Virus record (IMG/VR): IMGVR_UViG_3300009085_000025
Span: 1 to 64,000 of that record
Source: a virus
Lineage: Duplodnaviria; Caudoviricetes
Reading direction: 5' to 3' (one strand)
Length of the DNA stretch: 64,000 bases
The notes below the pieces were generated by a model. It saw only the letters and a list, made by a program, of their open reading frames with translations, did not search any database and was not told the DNA's origin. A program made the position numbers and the translations under genes. Shown one piece after another: positions 54,832-63,118 of this stretch (positions are counted from its first letter, which is position 1; each line of letters opens with the position of its first letter).

Positions 54832-54876
54832 ATATTACCATGAGTGCCTACGATTGTCAAATCGTAGGCACATAAG
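54832..54876 (-). promoter_or_regulatory. Hairpin-promoter cassette family C, loop is exactly TTGACA
   Basis: GTGCCTACGAT-TTGACA-ATCGTAGGCAC; TTGACA-17-TAATAT with TG. Confidence 0.9.
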
Positions 54877-54885
54877 CATATTATT

Positions 54886-55113
54886 TCACGCTCGTTTTGA
54901 ATCTACGTCCCACAAACTTGCTTCTAAATCTACAGATAAACTAGCTTTTTCTACAACATCTGAAAGATATGGAACTCCATATCCTCTATCTTGACACCAT
55001 TCTTTTAATTGAGATAACTTTAATACATCAAACAATTCCCACACGAAGAAATTTTCTCCGTTTATTTCCGCAATCTTTCTTCGTTTTTCCAATACAACAA
55101 TATTTTTTTTCAT
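54886..55113 (-). CDS. Hypothetical protein
   Basis: Tiles operon. Confidence 0.55.
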   Translation of the reverse strand: MKKNIVVLEKRRKIAEINGENFFVWELFDVLKLSQLKEWCQDRGYGVPYLSDVVEKASLSVDLEASLWDVDSKRA

Positions 55114-55117
55114 ATTA

Positions 55118-55666
55118 TTAATAATCCTGATATAATTCTTCCAATGTATTCAATTCATCCGTAGTAAATGACGAATAAATTTTAGCGGCTGTTTCAACAC
55201 ACGCCTTCCAAATTGCTTCTGCTCTACGAGAATCCTCATCGTACCCAAAATTTCCACAAAAATCATGAAAATCATCTCGTCCAGAATTTGCATCAGATAA
55301 AATACACCAAACAAAAGAAACCATATTTGGAAGAATGGGCTTCTTTTTATTGATATTTACCCAATCCATAGAGTTTCCATACCAAGTTTCAAATCCTGTT
55401 TCGCATTCCTTTTCAATCATTTTCTTCAAATTATATCCCACATTTTCCGTTTCATTTGCTGGACAGTGCCCCTGACCTTCATTGTATTCTGTTGTAAAAA
55501 TTTTTACATCATTCTTGTAAAGTGTGACATTCCAATTCAATGATGAAAACTTTGCGTCTTTATTGTAATCTTTTTCTTTTGCTTTTGACCATGGGATAAA
55601 TTCGGATTTGATTGAAATTCCCATTGATTTCAAAACAGATGAAATCTTCTTTTCATTCTCACTCAA
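55118..55666 (-). CDS. Conserved phage early protein
   Basis: LSDA....F.DFC..FGYDEDSR.AE.IWKAC motif. Confidence 0.75.
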   Translation of the reverse strand: MSENEKKISSVLKSMGISIKSEFIPWSKAKEKDYNKDAKFSSLNWNVTLYKNDVKIFTTEYNEGQGHCPANETENVGYNLKKMIEKECETGFETWYGNSMDWVNINKKKPILPNMVSFVWCILSDANSGRDDFHDFCGNFGYDEDSRRAEAIWKACVETAAKIYSSFTTDELNTLEELYQDY

Positions 55667-55678
55667 TTTTTCGCCATT

Positions 55679-55975
55679 TTATTTATCCTCTTTTGGGTCA
55701 TAATCTTTCATGTAATTTGATAAACACGTCATTCTGTCAACATCTAAATTCAAAATATTTCGAATTTTATCTGGAAAACCATCACTTGAAATTGCAATAT
55801 CATTCCTCCAATAAACTGAACCCCATCCGGATGTTGATTTCATCTTGATATTATGTTTCTTGAAGTATGTTCTAATTTCCAAAATAAAAATTTTGTTTGC
55901 TAATTCTGCAACTTCATCAAGATATTTGTCGTGCAGACGCTCCAGAGCTCCCTCAATAATTGCTATTTTATCCAT
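55679..55975 (-). CDS. Hypothetical protein
   Basis: AGGAG RBS. Confidence 0.65.
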   Translation of the reverse strand: MDKIAIIEGALERLHDKYLDEVAELANKIFILEIRTYFKKHNIKMKSTSGWGSVYWRNDIAISSDGFPDKIRNILNLDVDRMTCLSNYMKDYDPKEDK

Positions 55976-56256
55976 TTTTCTCCTTGAAAATATTTTATAT
56001 TTTCTTTATTTTCCCTTACAAGTTTCAACAATTTAATCATCGGATAATCCCAAGCGGGGAATTCATATGTAGGATTTATAAATTTTTCCCAAGCCTCCGT
56101 TGATATTCTTTCCCATCCCGTAGTGCATAATCCCACCTTGGGAATTTCCGCATCATCTTCTGTCGCTATCAATTTTCCCGTAGTTTGATTTACAAATTTT
56201 AGCATTTTTTCCTTTCTTTCTATAATAATATTACCATAACTATTCATGAAATTCAA
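55963..56256 (-). CDS. Hypothetical protein (start probably MLKFVN)
   Basis: ORF-track start overlaps cassette; AAGG RBS before MLKFVN. Confidence 0.55.
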   Translation of the reverse strand: MNFMNSYGNIIIERKEKMLKFVNQTTGKLIATEDDAEIPKVGLCTTGWERISTEAWEKFINPTYEFPAWDYPMIKLLKLVRENKENIKYFQGEKWIK

Positions 56257-56277
56257 CTTTCATGAATAGATTAAGCA
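56228..56277 (-). promoter_or_regulatory. Hairpin-promoter cassette family C
   Basis: 12-bp IR CTATTCATGAAA-6-TTTCATGAATAG; TTGAAT-17-TAATAT with TG. Confidence 0.85.
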
Positions 56278-56289
56278 TATTATCTTTTA

Positions 56290-56475
56290 TTATGTCAATA
56301 AATCCGCAAGCATTTGGCTTGCTTTCTTGCTATCTTCCTCATAAAAAATATCACTATATTTTTCTCCGAGCAAATAAAAATAATTACATGCGGCTTGACC
56401 ATATCTTTGATATGGAAAATCTCCCTTGAAATACTTCAAAGAAAATTCATACATATTTTTCAAAGTTAATTCCAT
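56290..56475 (-). CDS. Hypothetical protein
   Basis: R.GQA..N motif; AGGAG RBS. Confidence 0.65.
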   Translation of the reverse strand: MELTLKNMYEFSLKYFKGDFPYQRYGQAACNYFYLLGEKYSDIFYEEDSKKASQMLADLLT

Positions 56476-56476
56476 C

Positions 56477-56719
56477 TTATTGCTCCTTTTCTAGAATTTC
56501 CATGATTGCATCAATTTTATGTCTGTGCATCTTAGAACTCAGTTGTATAAATTCTCCGTCTTCTCCCCACATTGCCACCATGTGTCCAACTTCCATTGGA
56601 AAATATGTTACCCAAGCGGTGGGAATTTTCTTTTTTAATTGGACAACTAATTTGTCGATTTTATCCCAATAAGCCCCCAATTCGTCACTAGGACATCCGT
56701 TATAAACTCTCATATCCAT
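56477..56719 (-). CDS. Hypothetical protein
   Basis: Tiles operon. Confidence 0.6.
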   Translation of the reverse strand: MDMRVYNGCPSDELGAYWDKIDKLVVQLKKKIPTAWVTYFPMEVGHMVAMWGEDGEFIQLSSKMHRHKIDAIMEILEKEQ

Positions 56720-57147
56720 TATATTTTTTCCTTATTTTTTACAATCAAAATTGTGCATTCTTGAACATCTGAACCACCACCAAAACAGGGTTTCCACGAG
56801 AAATAAGATTCCTTATATTCATCTTTAATTTTGCGTAATCTTACTACATCATCAAGTTTTCTCAAAGTTTCCCTGTCATCAAAATGATAATAATTATCCC
56901 TGTCTCTTAGAATATCTTCGATATCTTCAATCAAAACTTGTTCTGCTTCTTCTAAATCCATTTCATATGTTTCAATTGAAAAAATAACATCTCCGCCCAA
57001 ATTTTCGGCGGCTTTTTCAAAAACCCCCAAATATTTGTCAACAAGATTTTTATCTTCTTCCGTAATTCCACTTGAATCTGCGTTTACAATATATGACAAT
57101 GCCCAAGTTGGAATTCTCAAATTATTGTACGTTCTGATAGGTATCAT
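56719..57147 (-). CDS. Conserved phage protein
   Basis: RIPTWALSYIVNADSSGITEED motif. Confidence 0.7.
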   Translation of the reverse strand: MIPIRTYNNLRIPTWALSYIVNADSSGITEEDKNLVDKYLGVFEKAAENLGGDVIFSIETYEMDLEEAEQVLIEDIEDILRDRDNYYHFDDRETLRKLDDVVRLRKIKDEYKESYFSWKPCFGGGSDVQECTILIVKNKEKI

Positions 57148-57446
57148 AGTAAATCCTCCATATGATTTTCAACTAATTTTACAATATCTTTAACTTCAAT
57201 ATTTTCAAAATACTTTTTCCCGCAACGGTCACAACGAAAATCTGTTTGAATTTCTCCTAAATCTTCTAGATAATACGGCTGATGTATTTTGAAATCAATA
57301 TTTCCATCACAAATTTCTCTCGTGTAGTATCCGTTGATTTTCCCTTTGAATTTACTGGCGATTCCATATATTCCTAGCACTTGGACTTTCTTATTTTTCC
57401 AGTAAACAACCAGCACCTCATTTTTACATTTCATCTGTTTCTCCAT
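57144..57446 (-). CDS. Hypothetical protein
   Basis: Tiles operon; CDRC. Confidence 0.55.
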   Translation of the reverse strand: MEKQMKCKNEVLVVYWKNKKVQVLGIYGIASKFKGKINGYYTREICDGNIDFKIHQPYYLEDLGEIQTDFRCDRCGKKYFENIEVKDIVKLVENHMEDLL

Positions 57447-57660
57447 GGCTTTTTGGAATATAATATCCTTCTTCTACGGATTCAAAAAACCTCCAAATTT
57501 CTGCATCTGGATTTTTTCTTGGACAATCGCCAAAATGTTCAATCGGATTCCACCAATATTCAACAACATGGCATGTGCAATCGTTTTCTAATTCCCATCT
57601 CATTCTTTCTTCTGGAAGCATTTTTTCTAGCTTCTTAGTGAGAACAAAATAATCATCCAT
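57424..57660 (-). CDS. Hypothetical protein
   Basis: AGGAG RBS after cassette. Confidence 0.6.
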   Translation of the reverse strand: MDDYFVLTKKLEKMLPEERMRWELENDCTCHVVEYWWNPIEHFGDCPRKNPDAEIWRFFESVEEGYYIPKSHGETDEM

Positions 57661-57687
57661 TTATATCTCCTTGAATTTTTATTAGAC

Positions 57688-57736
57688 TTATTACAATTCA
57701 TGAAAGATAAATTTCATGAATTCTAATAAATCCCCC
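57688..57736 (-). promoter_or_regulatory. Hairpin cassette family B
   Basis: 11-bp IR AATTCATGAAA-6-TTTCATGAATT extended by TTATTA/TAATAA; ATCCCCC flank. Confidence 0.8.
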
Positions 57737-57745
57737 TAATTTTAT

Positions 57746-57967
57746 TTATCCTAAATTCTTTAGAATAATAACACTTGAACCAAATAAATCGGTCAAGTAT
57801 TCAATCGCCAATTGTTTTTCATCGAAGGTTTTTCTATAACCAGCGCCATAATCGGCAAATGATATTTGCCACTTGCCTAGCGGATTTTTTCCGATGAGAA
57901 ATTTTACCGATTCGACTTCTACCAAAACATCGTTTTCAATCATATCTAAAAAGATATCTCTTTCCAT
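57746..57967 (-). CDS. Hypothetical protein
   Basis: AGGAG RBS. Confidence 0.6.
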   Translation of the reverse strand: MERDIFLDMIENDVLVEVESVKFLIGKNPLGKWQISFADYGAGYRKTFDEKQLAIEYLTDLFGSSVIILKNLG

Positions 57968-57976
57968 ATTTTCTCC

Positions 57977-58183
57977 TTATTCTTGAAAATTTTGCATGGC
58001 TTCAGCAATTGCCTTGGATAATCCCGGTAATTCACTAGGAAGAATTGCCAGCCGTTTATTTTGAACGGTATCCAAAATATAAATTCCGATATGTGGAACT
58101 ACTATTTCCACACTTATTTGCTTGGATACTTTTATGAGAATACTTTCTTCTTTCTCAAGAATTTCTTCGGGTACAATTTTCAT
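57977..58183 (-). CDS. Hypothetical protein
   Basis: AGGAG RBS after cassette. Confidence 0.6.
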   Translation of the reverse strand: MKIVPEEILEKEESILIKVSKQISVEIVVPHIGIYILDTVQNKRLAILPSELPGLSKAIAEAMQNFQE

Positions 58184-58202
58184 ATTTTCTCCTTATAAAA
58201 AT

Positions 58203-58248
58203 AATAACTAAAGATTACCCATGAAAATTTCATGGGTAAATATTCAAC
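58203..58248 (-). promoter_or_regulatory. Hairpin cassette family A
   Basis: 11-bp IR TTACCCATGAA-3-TTCATGGGTAA; TTGAATAT and TAGTTATT flanks. Confidence 0.8.
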
Positions 58249-58257
58249 CATTATTTC

Positions 58258-59124
58258 CTATAATTCTAATCTCATATGGCAACCACAAACATCGAATCTT
58301 TGGTCATATGATTCCTGACGATATCCATCTGAATTTCCATGGGCATCATTATATTGCACACAAATATTGCAAGTTTTCCAGTTGAGAACTCTTTGAACTA
58401 ATTCATAAATCTCATCTTCTTTTGGGGTTTCATCGTTTGAATTACACTCTCGTACAAACCAATAAACCATTTGTGAAATTTCAGCATCAGTAAAATCTCT
58501 GTCATCAAATTCTTCGCCATTGTTTCTAATGTAATATTCAATTTCATCTTTTACTAATTCTTCCTGTGCCTCCATTTCACGACGATAATAATCTTCATCA
58601 TTGTACAATCCATAATCATCCAGTTTTTCTTTTACTTCATCCATTGTTTCCAGTAATTCAAAATCTGTTTCGTGAACCATCATCAATTTAAACCAACCAC
58701 AAGCCCAGTGACCAAATTCTGCAATTAAAATTCCCTTATTTGTATCTTCATCAAAACTCTCAGGATAATCCGCAAGAATACAATCCCAATTTGATTGTTC
58801 AAAATCATCAGAATCCCGCGTACAAGAAATGACAATATAAAAATCTGACATATCTTCGCCACCATAATCAGATTTTGGCATCTTCCATTTACTTAGAAAC
58901 TTCGGAGTGTATAAAATTTCCGTATATGTTCCTTTATAAACTGGAAAACCTTCGCCATCATCATCCCAACCATCTTGATTTACCCAGAAAACAATATCGG
59001 AATCTTTATACAAATTTGTGGCTGGAACAACTTCAATTATATCATTTTTCCAATAACGTTGTGGGAGACTTTTATAATCTCCAGCCATTCCATGTCGAAT
59101 AGTTTCATTCAATTTAATTTTCAT
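58258..59124 (-). CDS. Acidic multi-domain phage early protein
   Basis: EQSNWD...GHWACGW...L..Y.L.NDED motif; AGGAG RBS. Confidence 0.7.
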   Translation of the reverse strand: MKIKLNETIRHGMAGDYKSLPQRYWKNDIIEVVPATNLYKDSDIVFWVNQDGWDDDGEGFPVYKGTYTEILYTPKFLSKWKMPKSDYGGEDMSDFYIVISCTRDSDDFEQSNWDCILADYPESFDEDTNKGILIAEFGHWACGWFKLMMVHETDFELLETMDEVKEKLDDYGLYNDEDYYRREMEAQEELVKDEIEYYIRNNGEEFDDRDFTDAEISQMVYWFVRECNSNDETPKEDEIYELVQRVLNWKTCNICVQYNDAHGNSDGYRQESYDQRFDVCGCHMRLEL

Positions 59125-59142
59125 TTTTCTCCTTGTTATGTT

Positions 59143-59418
59143 TTACCATATTTCCAGTTCAATTTCGTAAGTTGAGCCGGAATCGCAGGTTGGACATCCA
59201 TCGCTTTTATATCCATGGAAAAATTCAATATTTTCTGTTTCAAAAAATTCGGAAAGCAATTTCAATTGACTAAATTTGCATTCCAAATATGAATAACCTT
59301 TTGCGATAGTTATAGCTACTTTTCCGGTTTTTTTTAGGGATACTTCTACTTCAATATTATCGTTATCCCAAATTTCATGAACCCTTTTTACTATTTTTTG
59401 TGCTGGATATCTTTTCAT
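59143..59418 (-). CDS. Hypothetical protein
   Basis: GCPTCDSGS; AGGAG RBS. Confidence 0.65.
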   Translation of the reverse strand: MKRYPAQKIVKRVHEIWDNDNIEVEVSLKKTGKVAITIAKGYSYLECKFSQLKLLSEFFETENIEFFHGYKSDGCPTCDSGSTYEIELEIW

Positions 59419-59437
59419 AAATTTCTCCTTTTTTATT

Positions 59438-59466
59438 ATTCTAACAAAAAATCAAAAAACTGTCAA
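59438..59466 (-). promoter_or_regulatory. Sigma70-type promoter with CTGTCAA/TTGACAG inverted repeat
   Basis: TTGACA-17-TAGAAT; inverted second TTGACA at 59480-59485. Confidence 0.8.
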
Positions 59467-59499
59467 ATAAAAATTCCACTTGACAGATGTTTTGACTTC

Positions 59500-59691
59500 T
59501 TATTTCAAAATTCCAGAATAACTATAATCATCAGGAATAAGAAGGAAGCTATAAAAAACAGGATGCCATCCTTCTTTTTCTAAAAGTTTTTCAATATCAT
59601 CATTTTTAGTATTTTTTTCTACAAAATACCACGTGTCAAAAACAAAAATCTCTCCGTTTTCTTCTGTATGAAAGACGATTACTTTATCCAT
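59500..59691 (-). CDS. Hypothetical protein
   Basis: GAGG RBS. Confidence 0.5.
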   Translation of the reverse strand: MDKVIVFHTEENGEIFVFDTWYFVEKNTKNDDIEKLLEKEGWHPVFYSFLLIPDDYSYSGILK

Positions 59692-59847
59692 TTTTTTTAT
59701 TTAAACCTCACTACAACTTTTCCATTTGTCACCAAGGTTCCCCACAAATCGCTCCAGTTTCCAAGCACATTATTTTTGGCACAATATGTAAAAAATTCCC
59801 CTTGATTTGCAAAATCATATGAATATAGAGTAGTCATATTTTTCTCC

Positions 59848-60366
59848 TTATCCAGAAAATCCCCAATGATTCGGGTCAGCTAAAATCGCCTTATGACCAA
59901 AATAATCAGCATATGATTCAAAACCATACATACGATTTTCATATGGTTCATTTTCATAAATCAACATCAAATCATAAAAAGATTTCTTGTCATTTTTTGC
60001 AAACTTCATCGTTCCACTTCGTAATCCATCGAATGTTGTGTGAATTTTTGTATAGAAACTTAGATATTTTATCCAGTTTCCATCCATGTGATGTACAAGA
60101 TACATGGCTGATTCTTCACCATTTAATTTCACCCACATTGACCAACTTTTTCCCTCATATTCCCCCCAAATTTTAGGCGAAATTCCTAAATATTCTGCAC
60201 GTTCTTCGAGCGTCATTTTCTTATAATCCATATATATTCTCCTGTGAAATATGATTATGACTAATAAAAACCACCTAAAATCTTTTAGGTGGTTTTTATT
60301 AATCCCCCTGTATTTCCTTTTTTTATTGACAACGAATAATTGAAACTTCAATTCGAGCGTGAGCAT
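59848..60366 (-). CDS. Hypothetical protein (true start probably MDYKKM near 60231)
   Basis: ORF-track start runs through a cassette; AGGAG RBS before MDYKKM. Confidence 0.6.
   Translation of the reverse strand: MLTLELKFQLFVVNKKRKYRGINKNHLKDFRWFLLVIIIFHRRIYMDYKKMTLEERAEYLGISPKIWGEYEGKSWSMWVKLNGEESAMYLVHHMDGNWIKYLSFYTKIHTTFDGLRSGTMKFAKNDKKSFYDLMLIYENEPYENRMYGFESYADYFGHKAILADPNHWGFSG
60262..60308 (-). promoter_or_regulatory. Hairpin cassette family B
   Basis: 19-bp IR TAATAAAAACCACCTAAAA-2-TTTTAGGTGGTTTTTATTA; ATCCCCC flank. Confidence 0.8.
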
Positions 60367-60511
60367 CCTTATATCTTACAATTCCACCATTTTCCCAAAC
60401 GGAAATCATTGCCGATTGAATATTTGGCTTAAAATCATTGAGTTTCAATTCGAATGGATTTTTATTTCTACAATCCATGCATAAATTTTCTGGATAAACA
60501 TATAGTTCCAT
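60323..60511 (-). CDS. Hypothetical protein
   Basis: Tiles operon. Confidence 0.55.
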   Translation of the reverse strand: MELYVYPENLCMDCRNKNPFELKLNDFKPNIQSAMISVWENGGIVRYKDAHARIEVSIIRCQ

Positions 60512-60513
60512 TT

Positions 60514-60915
60514 TTATACCATCTTCTCTTCATTCTCAAACAAGTCAATTTCATTATAAATCATGTTGCGAATTGCGCGAATTTCGTGTGATGTTAATTT
60601 TACAACCTTTTCCAGCCTTTCAATCAACATTTCCACCACAATTCTTGGTGAAAAATAACAGCCAGTAGAAGTATGTTTTACTTCATCATAACATCCACAA
60701 AATCCAGTGGGTGAGTACGCACATTTACCGCCATCTTCTTTTTCACGAAAAGTATGAACCGCGACATCTGATAAATAAACAGAATACGGATAAAGTACCG
60801 CTTGAGTCTTGATTACTTTTCCGCTTCGCGCAAGAATTATTTCAAAATATTTATTCTTGTTTTGTTCACTCGGATATGAGCCATATCGAATAAAATTTGT
60901 GTCCATTTTTAGCAA
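60514..60915 (-). CDS. Hypothetical protein (start probably MDTNFI)
   Basis: Tiles operon. Confidence 0.6.
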   Translation of the reverse strand: MLKMDTNFIRYGSYPSEQNKNKYFEIILARSGKVIKTQAVLYPYSVYLSDVAVHTFREKEDGGKCAYSPTGFCGCYDEVKHTSTGCYFSPRIVVEMLIERLEKVVKLTSHEIRAIRNMIYNEIDLFENEEKMV

Positions 60916-61136
60916 GCCTCCAATACAATTTCAAAACGAAATCCACGAAACTTCACGAAAGTTTTTCCGTCATCACATCTTTCTATTTCTACCATCTTTC
61001 TTCCCGTACTATCAACATCTTTGCTGTATTCACCGTTATAAATTTTCCCCAGTGTAAGAAAATCTTCCATTTTACTATCATCAATACATTTGAATTTCAT
61101 TTTATTTGTCCTCTTCTTGTTTGAGTTTCCATCCAT
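60909..61136 (-). CDS. Hypothetical protein (start probably MKFKCI)
   Basis: LT.GK.Y motif; GAGG RBS. Confidence 0.6.
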   Translation of the reverse strand: MDGNSNKKRTNKMKFKCIDDSKMEDFLTLGKIYNGEYSKDVDSTGRKMVEIERCDDGKTFVKFRGFRFEIVLEAC

Positions 61137-61154
61137 GAGATTGTTCCAATTTTA

Positions 61155-61203
61155 GATTAATAAAAGCCACCCATAAAAAATGAGTAGCTTTGATTAATCC
61201 CCC
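61155..61203 (-). promoter_or_regulatory. Hairpin cassette family B (degenerate, G-U compensated on - strand)
   Basis: GATTAATCAAAGCTACTCAT/ATGGGTGGCTTTTATTAATC on - strand; ATCCCCC flank. Confidence 0.75.
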
Positions 61204-61212
61204 TGATTTTTA

Positions 61213-61464
61213 TTAGAATGTATTTAGATAATTTGAAAAAATATAGAACAAAGTAAGCGCCGTTGTCAAAAATGCGATTTGCTTTTTTACTGAGTGTAGC
61301 AATCCTTTTGACGGTTCTTTTTCGTGCGTAGAAAACGGCATGGAACCTTTTTCATTTCCATAAATATCATGACCACCGGGAGTTCTTTTCCATTTCAGCC
61401 CCCTATCTTCTGCAACTCCCCTTAAATCCTTCCATGATTTTGCGTTATCCAAATTCTTTTTCAT
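61213..61464 (-). CDS. HicA-like mRNA interferase fold protein with hydrophobic C-terminus
   Basis: GLKWKRTPGGHDIY...MPFSTHEKEPSKGLLHSVKKQ matches the HicA G(S/G)H...PxH...GLL.SI pattern. Confidence 0.7.
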   Translation of the reverse strand: MKKNLDNAKSWKDLRGVAEDRGLKWKRTPGGHDIYGNEKGSMPFSTHEKEPSKGLLHSVKKQIAFLTTALTLFYIFSNYLNTF

Positions 61465-61643
61465 GATTTTACTTCCTCAACTTTCAGAGCTAAAGTAAAA
61501 TCCTTGCCATACTTAAGACCTTGCGCCTGAAGATTTTCCAGCAGAAAATCAAAAAGCGCATCTGATTTCTTTTCTGACAAAGTAAGAGAAATTTCAATCG
61601 TGCGAAGTTTCTTTTCTACGGTTTTCTTGTTGGATTTTTTCAC
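61461..61643 (-). CDS. Hypothetical protein
   Basis: GTG start, AGGAG RBS. Confidence 0.6.
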   Translation of the reverse strand: MKKSNKKTVEKKLRTIEISLTLSEKKSDALFDFLLENLQAQGLKYGKDFTLALKVEEVKS

Positions 61644-61679
61644 AATTTTTCTCCTTGTTTTTAGTTTGTTATTTTTCTA

Positions 61680-62084
61680 TCACATTCTACTAATAACGTA
61701 ATCAATTACTGCTTTTGTACGTTGGAACATTCCTAGAATTTCCACGTATCTATCACGCTTATTCCTGAGTTTTTCCACCTGATAAAAATTGAACCACAAT
61801 TCTTTTTTTACTTCAATTTGAATCATGGTATCAGATATTGCTCCACGCAGGATAGAAATTGAAATTTCCAAATCGTCAAGGTATTTCTTGTAATCCGTTC
61901 CATATTGCAGGCTCGTGTCAACGTGTGCAATCAAAAGCCCCAAGTTTGACATAGAATGATATGATTTTGACAAATTCCATCCTGCGTCATCCTTGTATTT
62001 ATTTTTCAATTGCACGGTGTCAAGATATAAACTCATCAATTTTTCATTTTTTACATCGTGAATTGCACCATCGATTTTTTGCAT
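61680..62084 (-). CDS. Hypothetical helical protein
   Basis: AGGAG RBS after cassette. Confidence 0.65.
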   Translation of the reverse strand: MQKIDGAIHDVKNEKLMSLYLDTVQLKNKYKDDAGWNLSKSYHSMSNLGLLIAHVDTSLQYGTDYKKYLDDLEISISILRGAISDTMIQIEVKKELWFNFYQVEKLRNKRDRYVEILGMFQRTKAVIDYVISRM

Positions 62085-62110
62085 TTTATTATTCTCCTGT
62101 TTTTTGAAAT

Positions 62111-62160
62111 AAAATAACTCATATCTCTTGATGAAATCAACATTTCATCAAGAGAGTGAA
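62111..62160 (-). promoter_or_regulatory. Hairpin cassette family A variant
   Basis: 14-bp IR TCTCTTGATGAAAT-4-ATTTCATCAAGAGA; TGAGTTATT flank; TTGATT-18-TATTTT. Confidence 0.8.
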
Positions 62161-62174
62161 AGCCATTTTACTTT

Positions 62175-62492
62175 TTAGATATCGATTTGCCCCTGATTTT
62201 CGTCCACAAATTTTGCCATATAATTTTTATGGTTCTTCTCACCACGAGATAGATTGTGTTTGTGGTTGAAATTCTTCTTGGAAGCCTTGTGTTTTCCACC
62301 AACAATTTTCTTGATTCTTCGAAGAATATTCTTTTTTCCAAGCTGGCGCACGTCAATATATTCACGAAAATGCCCCTTCTTAATTTTCGGGTCAACAATC
62401 ACAACTTTTGGTTCGACGGTTTCACCAGTTTCGGTATTGCCAGAAATAACTTCTTCAAATTCATCGGTAACAATTTCGTTCTCAGTATTCAT
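62175..62492 (-). CDS. Hypothetical protein, acidic N-half and basic C-half
   Basis: AGGAG RBS. Confidence 0.65.
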   Translation of the reverse strand: MNTENEIVTDEFEEVISGNTETGETVEPKVVIVDPKIKKGHFREYIDVRQLGKKNILRRIKKIVGGKHKASKKNFNHKHNLSRGEKNHKNYMAKFVDENQGQIDI

Positions 62493-62866
62493 TATTATTT
62501 TCTCCTTGATAAATTTTTACTTATTCAACAGCAGGAAATAAACACCCGCTAATGACCAACAATTCTTGAATTTTCCGCTTGAAATAGCAGAATGTTTTTC
62601 ACGCAAAAATGATGTTTTACTTGTGAATGATTTTAGCATATTTCTCCTTATAAAGTATAGAAAAGTCCAGATTCCAAAGCCGTGATTGCATTTCTCATAT
62701 TTTCTGTCAAACAATCACTATTCATTTTCATTGTTGAAATTTCCATTGGATTTTCAAAACACCATTCAACACATTCTTCAAAAAATAATTGTTTCATTTT
62801 ATTTTCCTTCCAAATATTCAATCAATTCATCTTCACCAGCCGGATTGATAATCAAATCAGAGTCGT

Positions 62867-63106
62867 TCATTTTGCACTCTCCTTCAAATATTCTTTGAGT
62901 TTATTTAGGTTTTTATATAGAACATATAAAGACGGAAAATTCAAGCTTTGTCTAAAGTTTTGAGAACAAAAGTTTTCTCTTATATGTTTAAATTGAGAAA
63001 GAGAAACGTGTGCCCAACCATCGACGCCATCTGTTTTATCATTCCATGGCGCATATGATATAAAAATTTCACCAGTTTCCACATTTACAAAACGTTTGAA
63101 ATACAT
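62867..63106 (-). CDS. Hypothetical protein
   Basis: AGGAG RBS. Confidence 0.6.
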   Translation of the reverse strand: MYFKRFVNVETGEIFISYAPWNDKTDGVDGWAHVSLSQFKHIRENFCSQNFRQSLNFPSLYVLYKNLNKLKEYLKESAK

Positions 63107-63118
63107 TTTTATCTCTCC

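Noticed and set aside
10382-62963. Plus-strand ORFs of the track within the minus-strand region, and minus-strand ORFs within the tail genes
   Set aside because: Antisense shadows of real genes with no RBS and no recognisable motifs
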